DNA of 43,123 nt, taken from positions 9,628-52,750 of the forward strand of contig NATN01000001.1 of NCBI GenBank assembly GCA_002085355.1. Direction: 5' to 3'. Below the pieces are notes generated by a model. The model had not been told where the DNA came from and searched no databases. It saw nothing but the letters and a program-made list of their open reading frames with translations. Both the position numbers and the translations under genes were made by a program. This DNA is from Candidatus Zhuqueibacterota bacterium 4484_87. Lineage in GTDB: Bacteria; Zhuqueibacterota; Zhuqueibacteria; Thermofontimicrobiales; Thermofontimicrobiaceae. Below, piece after piece: positions 10,353 through 19,301 of this stretch. Position 1 is the stretch's first letter; each line of letters begins with the position of its first letter.

Positions 10353-11456
10353 ATGAAAATTGTAGCCAAAGTTCCGGGGAAATTAATTCTTCTCGGAGAA
10401 TATGCTGTTTTGGAAGGTGGTTCATCTCTGGTGATGACTGTTGATCGATTTGCCAGAGTGGAAATCTCGTTTTCTGATCAAATGACTTTTACATTGCAAG
10501 CGCCATCTATCGGCATACGCAATTTGCAATTTTCTCTGGATAAGAGAGGGAAAATTCAGTTCCTATCTGAACTCTCTCCGCGGGTGGAGAAAAAACTCAA
10601 ATTCTTCATTTCTATTTTTGAATTTGGGTTTCGGCTTTTGAAAAAAAGCGCCAAAACATTGCCTCATTCAGAGATTTTGTTGGACACAGACGCATTTTTT
10701 CATAAAAATCGTTCTATTAAATTGGGGCTTGGCTCAAGCGCTGCACTGACTGTCGCTTTAGTCGCAGGTCTAATCGCCGGGTCGGGGCAGTCAGTGATTG
10801 AAAATGATCAGCTTTTCCGCGCAGCAATGCAGGCACACCGTGCAGCACAAGGAAACGTCGGCAGCGGGATTGACATTGCTGCTTCGATTTTTGGCGGCAT
10901 TTTGTCTTATCAAATTGATCCTCACGCAGAGAATTTGAATCCGCAGATCAAACAGCTTAAGATGCCGTCAAATTTATTCATGGTGCCAGTCTGGGTCGGC
11001 AAATGCTCTTCCACCAGCCAGTTCGTGAAATTATTTTATGATTTTAAAAATAAAGACAAACGGAAGTTTGCCAAATTGGTTACCGAAATGAAATTTGTTG
11101 CAGATGCCGGGAAACAGGCTTTTCGCAAGCAGGATATTTCTGGCTTTTTGGATAGCATCAACCAATATAATTTATTGATGAAGAAATTGGGCGAGGATAT
11201 CAATGCGCCAATTGTATCCGAAGAACATTTGCGCATGGCTAATTTGGCTTCGGAAATAGGTGTTGCTTATAAGCCCTCCGGCGCTGGCGGCGGAGATATT
11301 GGTCTTTGTTTTGCAGACTCGGAAGAAAAATTTTCTGATTTAAAAAAGGCAAGCAAAGCAGCGGGTTTTGAACCGCTTGATCTCAATTTTGAATCTTCTG
11401 GAATTCACATAAAATCAATCAAGGTGGAAGCAAGTGAAAACGTCGCGTATTCCTGA
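10353..11456 (+). CDS. mvaK2: Phosphomevalonate kinase (GHMP family, ERG8/MvaK2 type)
   Basis: The 367-aa product has N-terminal PGKLILLGEYAVLEGG, the GHMP motif KLGLGSSAALTVALVAG and a C-terminal KPSGAGGGDIG. It sits between mvaD and the HMGR-mevalonate kinase gene. Confidence 0.72.
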   Translation: MKIVAKVPGKLILLGEYAVLEGGSSLVMTVDRFARVEISFSDQMTFTLQAPSIGIRNLQFSLDKRGKIQFLSELSPRVEKKLKFFISIFEFGFRLLKKSAKTLPHSEILLDTDAFFHKNRSIKLGLGSSAALTVALVAGLIAGSGQSVIENDQLFRAAMQAHRAAQGNVGSGIDIAASIFGGILSYQIDPHAENLNPQIKQLKMPSNLFMVPVWVGKCSSTSQFVKLFYDFKNKDKRKFAKLVTEMKFVADAGKQAFRKQDISGFLDSINQYNLLMKKLGEDINAPIVSEEHLRMANLASEIGVAYKPSGAGGGDIGLCFADSEEKFSDLKKASKAAGFEPLDLNFESSGIHIKSIKVEASENVAYS

Positions 11457-13671
11457 TTTTTATCAATATTCAGTGACCGAGCGTCTTAAATTACTGAAAA
11501 AATACGGAATTCTTGATGATGATGAAGTGCGGGCTCTGGTGAATGGCAAGTATTGCATGAAACCGGATGAAGCTGATAAGATGATAGAGAATGTTGTCGG
11601 TGTCTTCAGTCTGCCCATGGGCTTGGGACTGAATTTTCTCATTAATGGCAAAGAATATATCGTTCCAATGGTCGTTGAAGAGCCATCGATTGTTGCTGCC
11701 GTCAGTTCAGCGGCAAAATTGGTGCGACAGGCAGGCGGTTTTGTGAGTAAAAGCACAGAACCGATTTTGATAGGCCAGATCCAGGTTGTTGAAATGGATA
11801 GTCCGGTGAAAGCTAAACAGTCAATCCTGCGGCAGAAAGAAGAAATTCTCAACCTGGCGAATGATCTGCATCCAAATTTGGTCGCGCGGGGTGGCGGTGC
11901 CCGAGACATCGAAGTCATTTTGCACTCAGCAACTTCCAGATTCGGTGAAATGTTGGTCGTTCATCTGCTGGTGGACACGCGCGATGCCATGGGCGCAAAT
12001 CTCGTGAATAGCATGTGCGAAGGGGTGGCGTCGCTCATTGAAAAAATTACTCGCGGAAAGGTTTTTTTGCGTATCCTCTCCAATTTAGCGGATCGCTCTT
12101 TAGTGCGGGCAAAGGCGGTGATTCGTCCAAAATTGCTGGCAGGGAACGGCTATTCTGGTGAAGAGGTGCGAGAAGGAATTATTCTGGCGAATCATTTCGC
12201 TGCGGTTGATCCTTATCGCGCTGCTACGCACAACAAAGGCATCATGAATGGCATTGATCCGGTTGCCATTGCCACAGGGAATGATTGGCGGGCTATTGAA
12301 TCCGGAGCTCACGCTTACGCCGCACGCGGTACTTCGTACACTTCTCTTACAAATTGGTTCAAAGATGACAAGGGGAATTTAGTTGGCACGATTGAAATTC
12401 CCATCAAAGTCGGTACAGTTGGCGGTCCGCTTCAGTCAAACCCAGCAGTGCAAATTGCCCATCGGATTTTAGGAATTGAATCCGCAAATGAGTTGGCAGA
12501 AGTTATGGGGGCAGTCGGCTTGGCGCAAAATTTTGCTGCATTGCGCGCGCTGGTTACCGAAGGTATTCAGCGCGGCCACATGACATTGCACGCTCGCAGC
12601 GTGGTCAAGGCTGCCAGCGTTCCAGAATATTTATTTGATGAAGTGGTAAATCGCGTTGTTGAAAGCGGAAATATTAAAATTTGGAAGGCGAAAGAGATTT
12701 GCGCTGAATTGGAGGGGAAAATAGGCAATAAAGTGTCGCTCGAAAAAAAGCAGCCATTACCTTCTGGTTACGGAAAGGTGATTTTGCTCGGTGAGCATGC
12801 GGTAGTTTATGGTAGTCATGCAATTGCTGCGCCGATTCCGCTCGCTATTCAGGCAAGAGTAGAAGATGCTGATGAAGGAATTTCTCTCATCATCCCACAA
12901 TGGGGAGTTGAGGAAAAAATTCAGCAGGGGAAGGATTACAGATATTCCATCTATAGATCCCTTCAGATGTTGCTGGAAACTCTGGATCTAATGGGACGCA
13001 ACATGCAACTGTTTTTGTTTCCACACATTCCGCGCGCCATGGGACTTGGCGGCTCCGCAGCGCTGGCAGTGGCGATCATTCGCGCACTTTCAGAACATTT
13101 CAGATTAGATTTGTCAGATGAAGAAGTGAATAAATTAGCCTACGAATCGGAAAAGATTGTTCACGGTACACCTTCCGGAATTGACAATACGATGGCTACT
13201 TACGGGAAATTTATTTTGTACCAAAAAAACACGCCTCCGAAATTACAGGAAATCAAAGTTCAAAAACCTTTACCCTTAGTCATTGGAATGAGCGGCGTTG
13301 AAGGTCTGACCCTGAAAATGGTACGTCAGGTACGTCAGGGCTGGGAAAAGAACCGCGTTTTGTACGATCAGATTTTCGATCAGATCGATGAAATAACCCA
13401 ACAGGCAGTCGAGGCGATCCAGACGTACGATTTGGAAAAATTAGGCTATTTGATGAATATCAACCAAGGCTTGCTCAACGCCATTCAGGTTTCCACTTGG
13501 GAATTGGAAGAATTAGTAGAAATCGCCCGTAAAAACGGCGCCCTGGGCGCAAAACTCACCGGCGGTGGTGGCGGCGGTGCAATTATTGCTCTCTGTCCGG
13601 AAAATGCGGAGCAGGTTGTGGATGCCATGCAGCGAGCCGGGTATAAGGCGATTGTGACGGAGGTGGGGTAA
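11434..13671 (+). CDS. Bifunctional fusion: class II (NAD(P)H, 'degradative-type') HMG-CoA reductase (aa 1 to about 425) fused to mevalonate kinase (aa about 444-745)
   Basis: The N-terminal domain is collinear with Pseudomonas mevalonii-type HMGR (PMVVEEPSIVAA, DTRDAMGANLVN, AATHNKGIMNGIDPVAIATGNDWRA.E.GAHAYA, EGIQRGHMTLHAR). A linker follows (KIGNKVSLEKKQPLPS). The remainder is a complete GHMP mevalonate kinase (GYGKVILLGEHAVVYG, MGLGGSAALAVAIIRAL, GTPSGIDN, KLTGGGGGGAIIAL). The start is GTG with AAGGTGGA upstream, overlapping the PMK stop by 23 nt. Confidence 0.85.
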   Translation: MKTSRIPDFYQYSVTERLKLLKKYGILDDDEVRALVNGKYCMKPDEADKMIENVVGVFSLPMGLGLNFLINGKEYIVPMVVEEPSIVAAVSSAAKLVRQAGGFVSKSTEPILIGQIQVVEMDSPVKAKQSILRQKEEILNLANDLHPNLVARGGGARDIEVILHSATSRFGEMLVVHLLVDTRDAMGANLVNSMCEGVASLIEKITRGKVFLRILSNLADRSLVRAKAVIRPKLLAGNGYSGEEVREGIILANHFAAVDPYRAATHNKGIMNGIDPVAIATGNDWRAIESGAHAYAARGTSYTSLTNWFKDDKGNLVGTIEIPIKVGTVGGPLQSNPAVQIAHRILGIESANELAEVMGAVGLAQNFAALRALVTEGIQRGHMTLHARSVVKAASVPEYLFDEVVNRVVESGNIKIWKAKEICAELEGKIGNKVSLEKKQPLPSGYGKVILLGEHAVVYGSHAIAAPIPLAIQARVEDADEGISLIIPQWGVEEKIQQGKDYRYSIYRSLQMLLETLDLMGRNMQLFLFPHIPRAMGLGGSAALAVAIIRALSEHFRLDLSDEEVNKLAYESEKIVHGTPSGIDNTMATYGKFILYQKNTPPKLQEIKVQKPLPLVIGMSGVEGLTLKMVRQVRQGWEKNRVLYDQIFDQIDEITQQAVEAIQTYDLEKLGYLMNINQGLLNAIQVSTWELEELVEIARKNGALGAKLTGGGGGGAIIALCPENAEQVVDAMQRAGYKAIVTEVG

Positions 13672-13728
13672 AAAATTATATCGCTAAAATCATAGTGAAG
13701 AAGAAATGCTCTAACGAGACATGGAAAA

Positions 13729-14694
13729 ATGGAAGAAGTAAAGTTACAAAAAAGAATTATTGGTATCAGTGACATTTTTTTATTGATATCCATTTTTTTG
13801 ATAGCACTGCTAATTTCCTGCGATCAAACGACTGCCCCGGTGTCCAATGATGAATTTATCGTAAAAGAATTCAATTTAATAAATCTCAATTTTAGAGATT
13901 TACCTTATGTAAGCTACTCTCCTAAGTATTTAGACCTTAACTATAAAACAGATAGTGCTGGTGTGCAGATATTTTACTATAACGGTAAATATTATTATCA
14001 CCCCGTTCAATTAGCTCAATGGATTATCATGTTTGTTGATAGTTATTATCTTGTAAAGAATGAAGAACATTTAAAAAAAGCAAAGTTGTTTACAGATAAG
14101 CTCATAGAGATTTCAACATTTGAAAAAGAAGCATTATTTTTTCCATATAATTTTGATTTTCCGTTGCATGGAAAGAGGGATCAGATGATGTTAGCTCCAT
14201 GGTATTCCTGCATGGCTCAAGGTCAGATCTTGTCTGCATTTGTTCGTCTTTACCGAGTTACTTCGATCGAAGCCTATTTAGCATATGCTAGAAAAATTTT
14301 TAGGAGTTTTACTGTTTTAAAAAATAATAACGAAATTTGGGTGAGTATGGTTGATGAAAATAAATATTTATGGTTTGAAGAATATCCAATGAATGATGAG
14401 CCTAATCATACTTTAAATGGATTTATTTTTGCGATTTACGGTCTATATGAATATTATTGGGTAACCAAAAGCACAGAATGCAAAAAATATCTTTTTGCAG
14501 CACTTGCCACTATTGAAGAGTACATAGATGATTTTCGTAATCCAGGGGATATAAGCTATTATTGTTTAAAACATAAAGAAAAAAACCGCGAATATCACAA
14601 AGTGCATACTGAACAATTAGAGTTTTTGTACAAATTTACAAAATATGAATATTTTAAATACATGCATGATTTATTTTATCTTGATTACCATTAG
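13729..14694 (+). CDS. Predicted lipoprotein with a D-glucuronyl C5-epimerase-like C-terminal domain
   Basis: The 321-aa product has a signal peptide with lipobox LLISC. The segments YYHPVQLAQW, LAPWYSCMAQGQILSAFVRLY and HTLNGFIFAIYGLYEYY match, from memory, signature blocks of the glucuronyl C5-epimerase C-terminal family (PF06662-like). Confidence 0.55.
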   Translation: MEEVKLQKRIIGISDIFLLISIFLIALLISCDQTTAPVSNDEFIVKEFNLINLNFRDLPYVSYSPKYLDLNYKTDSAGVQIFYYNGKYYYHPVQLAQWIIMFVDSYYLVKNEEHLKKAKLFTDKLIEISTFEKEALFFPYNFDFPLHGKRDQMMLAPWYSCMAQGQILSAFVRLYRVTSIEAYLAYARKIFRSFTVLKNNNEIWVSMVDENKYLWFEEYPMNDEPNHTLNGFIFAIYGLYEYYWVTKSTECKKYLFAALATIEEYIDDFRNPGDISYYCLKHKEKNREYHKVHTEQLEFLYKFTKYEYFKYMHDLFYLDYH

Positions 14695-14775
14695 TTTTTA
14701 GCATCCAGGTCGATGGATCGATTTTGAAAATTTTAATGATATTGGTGCCTAATCCAGTTATCTGTAATGCTGAAA

Positions 14776-15897
14776 TTAATTGCTTTTTCTCAAAAAATAT
14801 GTTTTTTCATTTGGCTTAAGTGAAATCATTCCGTTTTGATTGTCAAATTTTAGTGTTTTTGGATTTGAGTATCCTTGAGAAAGTTCAATGTTCTTGTTTA
14901 TCCAATTTTTCGGCACGTCGAACAAAACGGTTAATTCTTGATCATAATAACTGTTGTCAAGACCATCGGATAAAGTAATTTGAATTTCTTCAATTTCATT
15001 TTCGCAATTAAATTTAGCCCTTGCAATAGGAGCCACTTGTTGTCTCTCTTTAATGTAAAGCGTAATGTTGTCCATCGTTGCGTTCCAAAAATCGCGCTGC
15101 GTAATTGCCTCTAAATCTGCAACAAATTCATCCCAATCGTAATATCCCCAACCGTCGGGATACCCAATATTGTGATAGGTTAAAATAATCCAGGCATGTT
15201 TTTCTATTGCGCCGTCGAGAATGGGCACTAAATCGGTATTATCATTTACGCACTCGGCGCAGTCGCGAAAGTCGTAAGCCTCCATCACCAGCGACGGTAA
15301 TTCATACCAGTTCATTGCATCTTCTTCTCCGTCGGGAAGGATGTACGGGTTTACGGTGTCAAACCGGGAATGAAAACGGCCATTTAGAAAACCAACATTT
15401 TTCAAGGCGCGGTGCGTTTCTTCCTCAAATCCAAATCCGCCGGGATAAGCAAATGACACAGGTTTGAGCCCATATTTCATCATTATGTCCCATGTGAGTT
15501 TAATGGAGGTATAAGCCGAATCATAAGTTAGTTCATCATGATTGACGTGCTCATAACCATGCCCGAAATATCCGAAACCCAATGGAATTAGATAATCCTC
15601 AAAATAATCACGCATGTATGGTCTGTCTTCATAGTTCTTAGCCACTATTTCAAAGTCCATTCTTAAGCCATATTCCACAACTTTGTCCGTTACTTTTTTT
15701 TCTCTGTCAATGTACGGAGATCCAGTATCATAATTTAGTGTAATCGCTGCCGTATGATTCTCATACCATTTGGCAACTGATACTTCAAATTTGGATTCGT
15801 AAGGGGCGGTAATATTTTCTTTATTATCGCAATGAAAAGCAAGTGTTACCATAATAATGATGATAAAGAGACAGGGAAATTTGTTTTTGAATTTCAT
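14776..15897 (-). CDS. Predicted lipoprotein, polysaccharide deacetylase (NodB/CE4)-like
   Basis: The 373-aa product has the lipobox LAFHC. CE4-like motif order is present: AITLNYDTG (in place of TFDDG), GHGYEHVNH (HxxxH), FAYPGG and ILTYHNI. The C-terminal part is a beta-rich domain. Confidence 0.5.
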   Translation of the reverse strand: MKFKNKFPCLFIIIIMVTLAFHCDNKENITAPYESKFEVSVAKWYENHTAAITLNYDTGSPYIDREKKVTDKVVEYGLRMDFEIVAKNYEDRPYMRDYFEDYLIPLGFGYFGHGYEHVNHDELTYDSAYTSIKLTWDIMMKYGLKPVSFAYPGGFGFEEETHRALKNVGFLNGRFHSRFDTVNPYILPDGEEDAMNWYELPSLVMEAYDFRDCAECVNDNTDLVPILDGAIEKHAWIILTYHNIGYPDGWGYYDWDEFVADLEAITQRDFWNATMDNITLYIKERQQVAPIARAKFNCENEIEEIQITLSDGLDNSYYDQELTVLFDVPKNWINKNIELSQGYSNPKTLKFDNQNGMISLKPNEKTYFLRKSN

Positions 15898-15940
15898 AGC
15901 AGTTCTCCGTAATTTTTTATCAAAACTTCAAGGCTTCCAA

Positions 15941-16957
15941 TTAATCCCTTGAAACAAAAATCCCCACCAAAAAGCCGATCCCCCAACTTAAATGGATAAC
16001 AGGAAAAAGTATGGGCAAAATGAAAAAGTAGCGGAATCCTTTTTCCATACTGATTTGGAATGACGAAATTAAAGATAGAACCAGGTAAAGTCCCCAGATA
16101 ATAGCTAATGGTATCAGAAAAAGTGTTTTAAAAAATCCGGCGATAAGTAGCAAAATAGTGACAAGCGCAAACGCTGGAGGGATCAAGTGCATCAATTTTA
16201 TCGCGTTGAAATGCTTTTTGATAACGTTAACGCGCAGAATGCCATAACGAAAAAGCTGAACAATGAGTCGCTTGATAGTTTTTCTGGGGTAATAGTAAGA
16301 AACAATTTTCGGAGAATAGAAAATTTTATAGCCCGCCTGCCTGATGCGCCAGTTCAATTCAGCGTCTTCGGAAATGAATAAATCTTCATCAAAATAGCCC
16401 ACTTCGTCGAACAGTTCTTTCCTGTATGCAGCATAAACAACAGTGTCAACGAATTTTTCTCTTTTCCCGTAACGATAAGGCGCGCTCGCCAGACCGAACG
16501 GATGCCCCATGGCATAACCAATGGCGCGTTGCATAAAATTTTCGCCGACATTGATCTGAGTGCCGCCTACGCATTTGACATTTTTCTCTTTCATCAGTCG
16601 AATGTTTTGGCTGACAAAATCTTCTTTGATCTTTGTATGCGCGCCCAGAATAATTACGACTTCACCAGCAGCATTTTTTATTCCTATGTTCAGAGAAGAG
16701 GGCGTTTTCCTTTTAGGGTTGGTGAGCAGACGGATGTTGGGATAATTTTCTGCCAGTGACAGCACCTTCTCCCGGCTGCCGTCACTGGAATTTCCGTCAA
16801 CTACAATGATTTCGATTTTTCTCGCCGGATAATTCTGCTTCTGAATAGATGCAATACAACGCTCGACATTCCCAGCTTCATTGTACATGGGAATCACGAT
16901 TGACACAAGCGGTGGATTGTCATCTGTTAGTGTTTTTTTTCTGTTAGTTCTATCCAT
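15941..16957 (-). CDS. Family 2 glycosyltransferase with a C-terminal membrane domain
   Basis: The 338-aa product shows VSIVIPMYNEAGNVERCI, VVDGNSSDGS and EDAELNWR. About 3-4 TM helices lie in the last 90 aa or so. Confidence 0.85.
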   Translation of the reverse strand: MDRTNRKKTLTDDNPPLVSIVIPMYNEAGNVERCIASIQKQNYPARKIEIIVVDGNSSDGSREKVLSLAENYPNIRLLTNPKRKTPSSLNIGIKNAAGEVVIILGAHTKIKEDFVSQNIRLMKEKNVKCVGGTQINVGENFMQRAIGYAMGHPFGLASAPYRYGKREKFVDTVVYAAYRKELFDEVGYFDEDLFISEDAELNWRIRQAGYKIFYSPKIVSYYYPRKTIKRLIVQLFRYGILRVNVIKKHFNAIKLMHLIPPAFALVTILLLIAGFFKTLFLIPLAIIWGLYLVLSLISSFQISMEKGFRYFFILPILFPVIHLSWGIGFLVGIFVSRD

Positions 16958-18086
16958 GGATAATTTTCTTCAATGTGGAAACTACGTATTCAATTTCTTC
17001 TTTTGTTAATTCTGGAAACATAGGCAAAGACAGGAGTTGTTCTGCGTGTTTTTCTGTCACCGGAAAATCTCCTTTTTTGTACCCAAGGTGTTTGTAAGCA
17101 TTTTGCAGATGCAACGGAATCGGATAATGGAGTCCGGTACTGATGCCTTTTTCTGCTAATTTCTTCTGCACATCGTCGCGATTTTTCACTTTAATCACGT
17201 AGAGATGATAAACTCCCTTTGACCATTCTGGTTCCTGTGGGAAAATCACACCCTCGATATCTTTGAGCAATTGGCCGTAAAGTGCTGCATTTTGACGTCT
17301 GTTTTCGATCCATTCGGGAAGATATTTTAGCTTTAATTTTAAAATACCCGCCTGAATGGCATGCATCCTGCCGTTGAACCCTTCAAAATCGTGATAATAC
17401 TTTTGACTTTGACCATGGTCGCGGTACATTTTTGCTTTTTGCGCGAGATCTGCATTATTCGTAACAATAGCGCCACCTTCACCACAGGAGCCTAAATTTT
17501 TTCCGGGGTAAAAGCTAAAAGCCCCTGCCAGTCCCATTGAGCCGGCTTTGTGGGATTCGCCATTTTTTTGATACAATGCTCCGTGTGCCTGACAGGCATC
17601 TTCAATGACGAAGAGTCCGTATTTTTGAGCGATTTCCAGAATCGGGTCCATGTCCGCCATTTGTCCGTACAGATGAACAGGCAGAATTCCTTTCAAGCGA
17701 TTCGATGATTTGACGCGTTTTTCCACTTCAGTCGCTAATTTTTCCACATCAATATTGTCAGTTCTCTCGTCAATGTCAACAAAAACAATTTTCCCGCCTG
17801 CCTGACTGATAGCTTCGGTGGTTGCGATAAATGTGTTTGGAGTAGTAATCACTTCATCGCCCGGTTGCAAACCCGCTGCCAGCAGAGCAAATCGCAATGC
17901 ATCCGTGCCGCTGTTCACGGCTATTGCGTGCGACGTACCGCAAAATCGTGCAAAATCTTCCTCAAAACCGTTCACATTCTTTCCACCAACAAAAGCTGTG
18001 TTGTCAATCGCTTCACTCACAATGTCCATAATCTGGTCTTTTAACATTTGATGCTGGGGTTTGAGATTGAGAAATGGAATTTGCAT
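16950..18086 (-). CDS. DegT/DnrJ/EryC1/StrS-family PLP-dependent nucleotide-sugar aminotransferase
   Basis: The 378-aa product shows VNSGTDALRFAL, VIEDACQAHGA and the PLP-lysine region SFYPGKNLG. It overlaps the GT2 start by 8 nt. Confidence 0.9.
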   Translation of the reverse strand: MQIPFLNLKPQHQMLKDQIMDIVSEAIDNTAFVGGKNVNGFEEDFARFCGTSHAIAVNSGTDALRFALLAAGLQPGDEVITTPNTFIATTEAISQAGGKIVFVDIDERTDNIDVEKLATEVEKRVKSSNRLKGILPVHLYGQMADMDPILEIAQKYGLFVIEDACQAHGALYQKNGESHKAGSMGLAGAFSFYPGKNLGSCGEGGAIVTNNADLAQKAKMYRDHGQSQKYYHDFEGFNGRMHAIQAGILKLKLKYLPEWIENRRQNAALYGQLLKDIEGVIFPQEPEWSKGVYHLYVIKVKNRDDVQKKLAEKGISTGLHYPIPLHLQNAYKHLGYKKGDFPVTEKHAEQLLSLPMFPELTKEEIEYVVSTLKKIIHG

Positions 18087-18254
18087 GGAGTTGTCTCCTT
18101 AATGTTAAATCAATTTTTCACCTTTGATTGTACAGTTTATATTTAAGTAATCCTTTTATCCAATTTGCTATTACAAATTATGCTTTTAAGAGAAACTTAA
18201 ATAATGATTCGTAAAAATATTATCAATCACTGGCAATTTATGTAGTACAGGGTT

Positions 18255-19259
18255 TCATGCAATCTCCACAACCTGGCTATTATTGCGCAATGATTTCTCT
18301 GCCGCTTCCAGCGCTTTGATGACGCGCAAGCCGCTGCGCCCGTCGCTGATGGGTTTTTTCCCGTTCTGGCAACATTCGATGAAATGGTTCATTTCCCGGC
18401 GCAGTGGCTCAAAATTTTGAATGTACGGACTGATGATGTCGCCGGAACGATAGCTGAGCTGGTATTCGCCAAATGTCTCGGGATCTTTATACTCAACGCC
18501 TTTGTCATAGATTTTCACTTTTTCAATATTTTCAGTATCATCATAGACAAGCATTTTCTTGTTGCCGACAATAGCTGTACGACGCAGCTTGCTCGGTGCA
18601 AGCCAACTCACCTGCATGTTGGCAATGCATCCGTCGGGAAATTCTATGTTGATGAACGCTACGTCCGGAATATTTTTCTGCACGCAATCTTTGCCCATGG
18701 CAGAGATGCGTTTTGGTTGTTGATTCAGCCAATAAAAGAGCATAGAAAAATCATGCGGTGCCAGATCCCAAATTACGCTCACGTCTTTTTGATGCAGACC
18801 CAAATTGACGCGCGACATGCTGATATAATAAACATCCCCCAATTCCTTGCTGTCAATCAACTCTTTTATTTTTAAAACCGGCGGACTATATTCAAACGTA
18901 TGGCCGACCATGAGAACACGGTTATTTTTTTCTGCGGTTTCTACCAACTTTTCGGCTTCTTGGCTATTTTGCGTCATTGGTTTTTCCACAAAAACATGTT
19001 TTCCTGCTTCTAATAGAGCATGGGCAATGGGGAAATGTAGAGATACTGGTGTCGCGACAATGGCAGCATCGATATCATCACGACGAAGTAGCTTTTGATA
19101 GTCGCTTTCAATTTCAACTGTTGGATATTTTAATTTGATACGCTGCAATTTTGTCTCATCAAGGTCACAAGCAATTAATTTCTCTGTCGTTTGACTTTCA
19201 TAAAGATTCCTGAGCAAATTTGGGCCCCAATAACCTAAACCAATGACAGCGATATTCAT
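18255..19259 (-). CDS. Gfo/Idh/MocA-family NAD-dependent oxidoreductase (nucleotide-sugar 3-dehydrogenase candidate, WbpB-like)
   Basis: The 334-aa product has the N-terminal Rossmann motif NIAVIGLGYWGPNL and EKPM. It has the typical C-terminal alpha/beta domain and lies adjacent to the DegT aminotransferase. Confidence 0.8.
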   Translation of the reverse strand: MNIAVIGLGYWGPNLLRNLYESQTTEKLIACDLDETKLQRIKLKYPTVEIESDYQKLLRRDDIDAAIVATPVSLHFPIAHALLEAGKHVFVEKPMTQNSQEAEKLVETAEKNNRVLMVGHTFEYSPPVLKIKELIDSKELGDVYYISMSRVNLGLHQKDVSVIWDLAPHDFSMLFYWLNQQPKRISAMGKDCVQKNIPDVAFINIEFPDGCIANMQVSWLAPSKLRRTAIVGNKKMLVYDDTENIEKVKIYDKGVEYKDPETFGEYQLSYRSGDIISPYIQNFEPLRREMNHFIECCQNGKKPISDGRSGLRVIKALEAAEKSLRNNSQVVEIA

Positions 19260-19301
19260 AAGATTCCCTTTCTATAGATTAATCATTTCACAAAATGAGT
19301 G

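Noticed and set aside
11434-11456. The 23-nt overlap between PMK and the HMGR-MK ORF, considered as a possible frameshift or fusion artefact
   Set aside because: The GTG at 11434 has a good AAGGTGGA RBS and the HMGR N-terminus aligns from there. This is ordinary translational coupling.
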